Shown: in pieces, positions 63,763 through 64,000 of the stretch
Position numbering within the stretch: the first letter of the stretch is position 1
How the letters are laid out: every line of letters starts with the position of its first letter
Assembly (NCBI GenBank): GCA_001029635.1
Contig: CP011209.1
Coordinates: 350,866 to 414,865 of the forward strand
DNA: 64,000 nucleotides
Origin: Candidatus Wolfebacteria bacterium GW2011_GWB1_47_1
GTDB lineage: Bacteria; Patescibacteriota; Minisyncoccia; UBA6257; UBA9933
Reading direction: 5' to 3'
Translations under genes and position numbers: made by a program
The notes under the pieces: generated by a model
Database searches by the model: none
The model's input: only the letters and a program-made list of their open reading frames with translations
Told to the model about the DNA's origin: nothing

Positions 63763-64000
63763 ATGAATGGTTATAAAAAAAATGGAGGATATGTAGCGAT
63801 GTTGGCAGTACTTATGATCGCGGGTGCGGGTCTTTTTATCGCAACTTCGGCGTCATTGATCGGCATTGGTGAAATTAAGTCGGCACTATCGATGACCAAT
63901 GGCGAACGTGCATTGACCTTTGTCGAGGGGTGTGTCGAGGATGCTTTGTTGAAGACGTGGGTGAGCCCGATCTATGCCGGCGGGACCATTACGCGGCCCG
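63763..64000 (+). CDS. PilX-like minor pilin (truncated by the window end)
   Basis: Manual translation MNGYKKNGG|YVAMLAVLMIAG...ALTFVEGCVEDALLK. Confidence 0.7.
   Translation, partial: MNGYKKNGGYVAMLAVLMIAGAGLFIATSASLIGIGEIKSALSMTNGERALTFVEGCVEDALLKTWVSPIYAGGTITRP

Overview
Bacterial chromosome segment (standard code 11). Gene content and organisation look like Patescibacteria/CPR, Parcubacteria-like (inference). Contents: M3 oligopeptidase, pyrG, cysteine desulfurase, clpB, parAB, two HD proteins, a high-GC fused PyrE-PyrF (UMP-synthase-like) gene, PolX-PHP, pgk, DHH phosphoesterase, an atypical RNase P RNA, NRAMP, a TetR-RND efflux module, an RRM protein, GH130-like mannoside enzymes with a phosphomannose isomerase, a GIY-YIG nuclease, and a complete F1Fo ATP synthase operon between two type IV pilus clusters. 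The most notable unexplained signal is a five-copy ~115-130 nt irregular hairpin whose stems show compensatory changes between copies. Each copy starts at or just after a stop codon (pilC, both tandem pilins, atpB, atpE), always in the same orientation. Also notable: a three-gene orphan family built from a shared ~75-aa repeat with Ala-rich C-termini, an unannotated 26-aa CxxCxxCxxC peptide upstream of the cysteine desulfurase, a repeat/MITE-rich block at 15.0-15.7 kb, and leaderless-type housekeeping starts alongside Shine-Dalgarno-led orphan cassettes. No tRNA, rRNA, CRISPR array or transposase was recognised. All calls are by eye; no searches were run.
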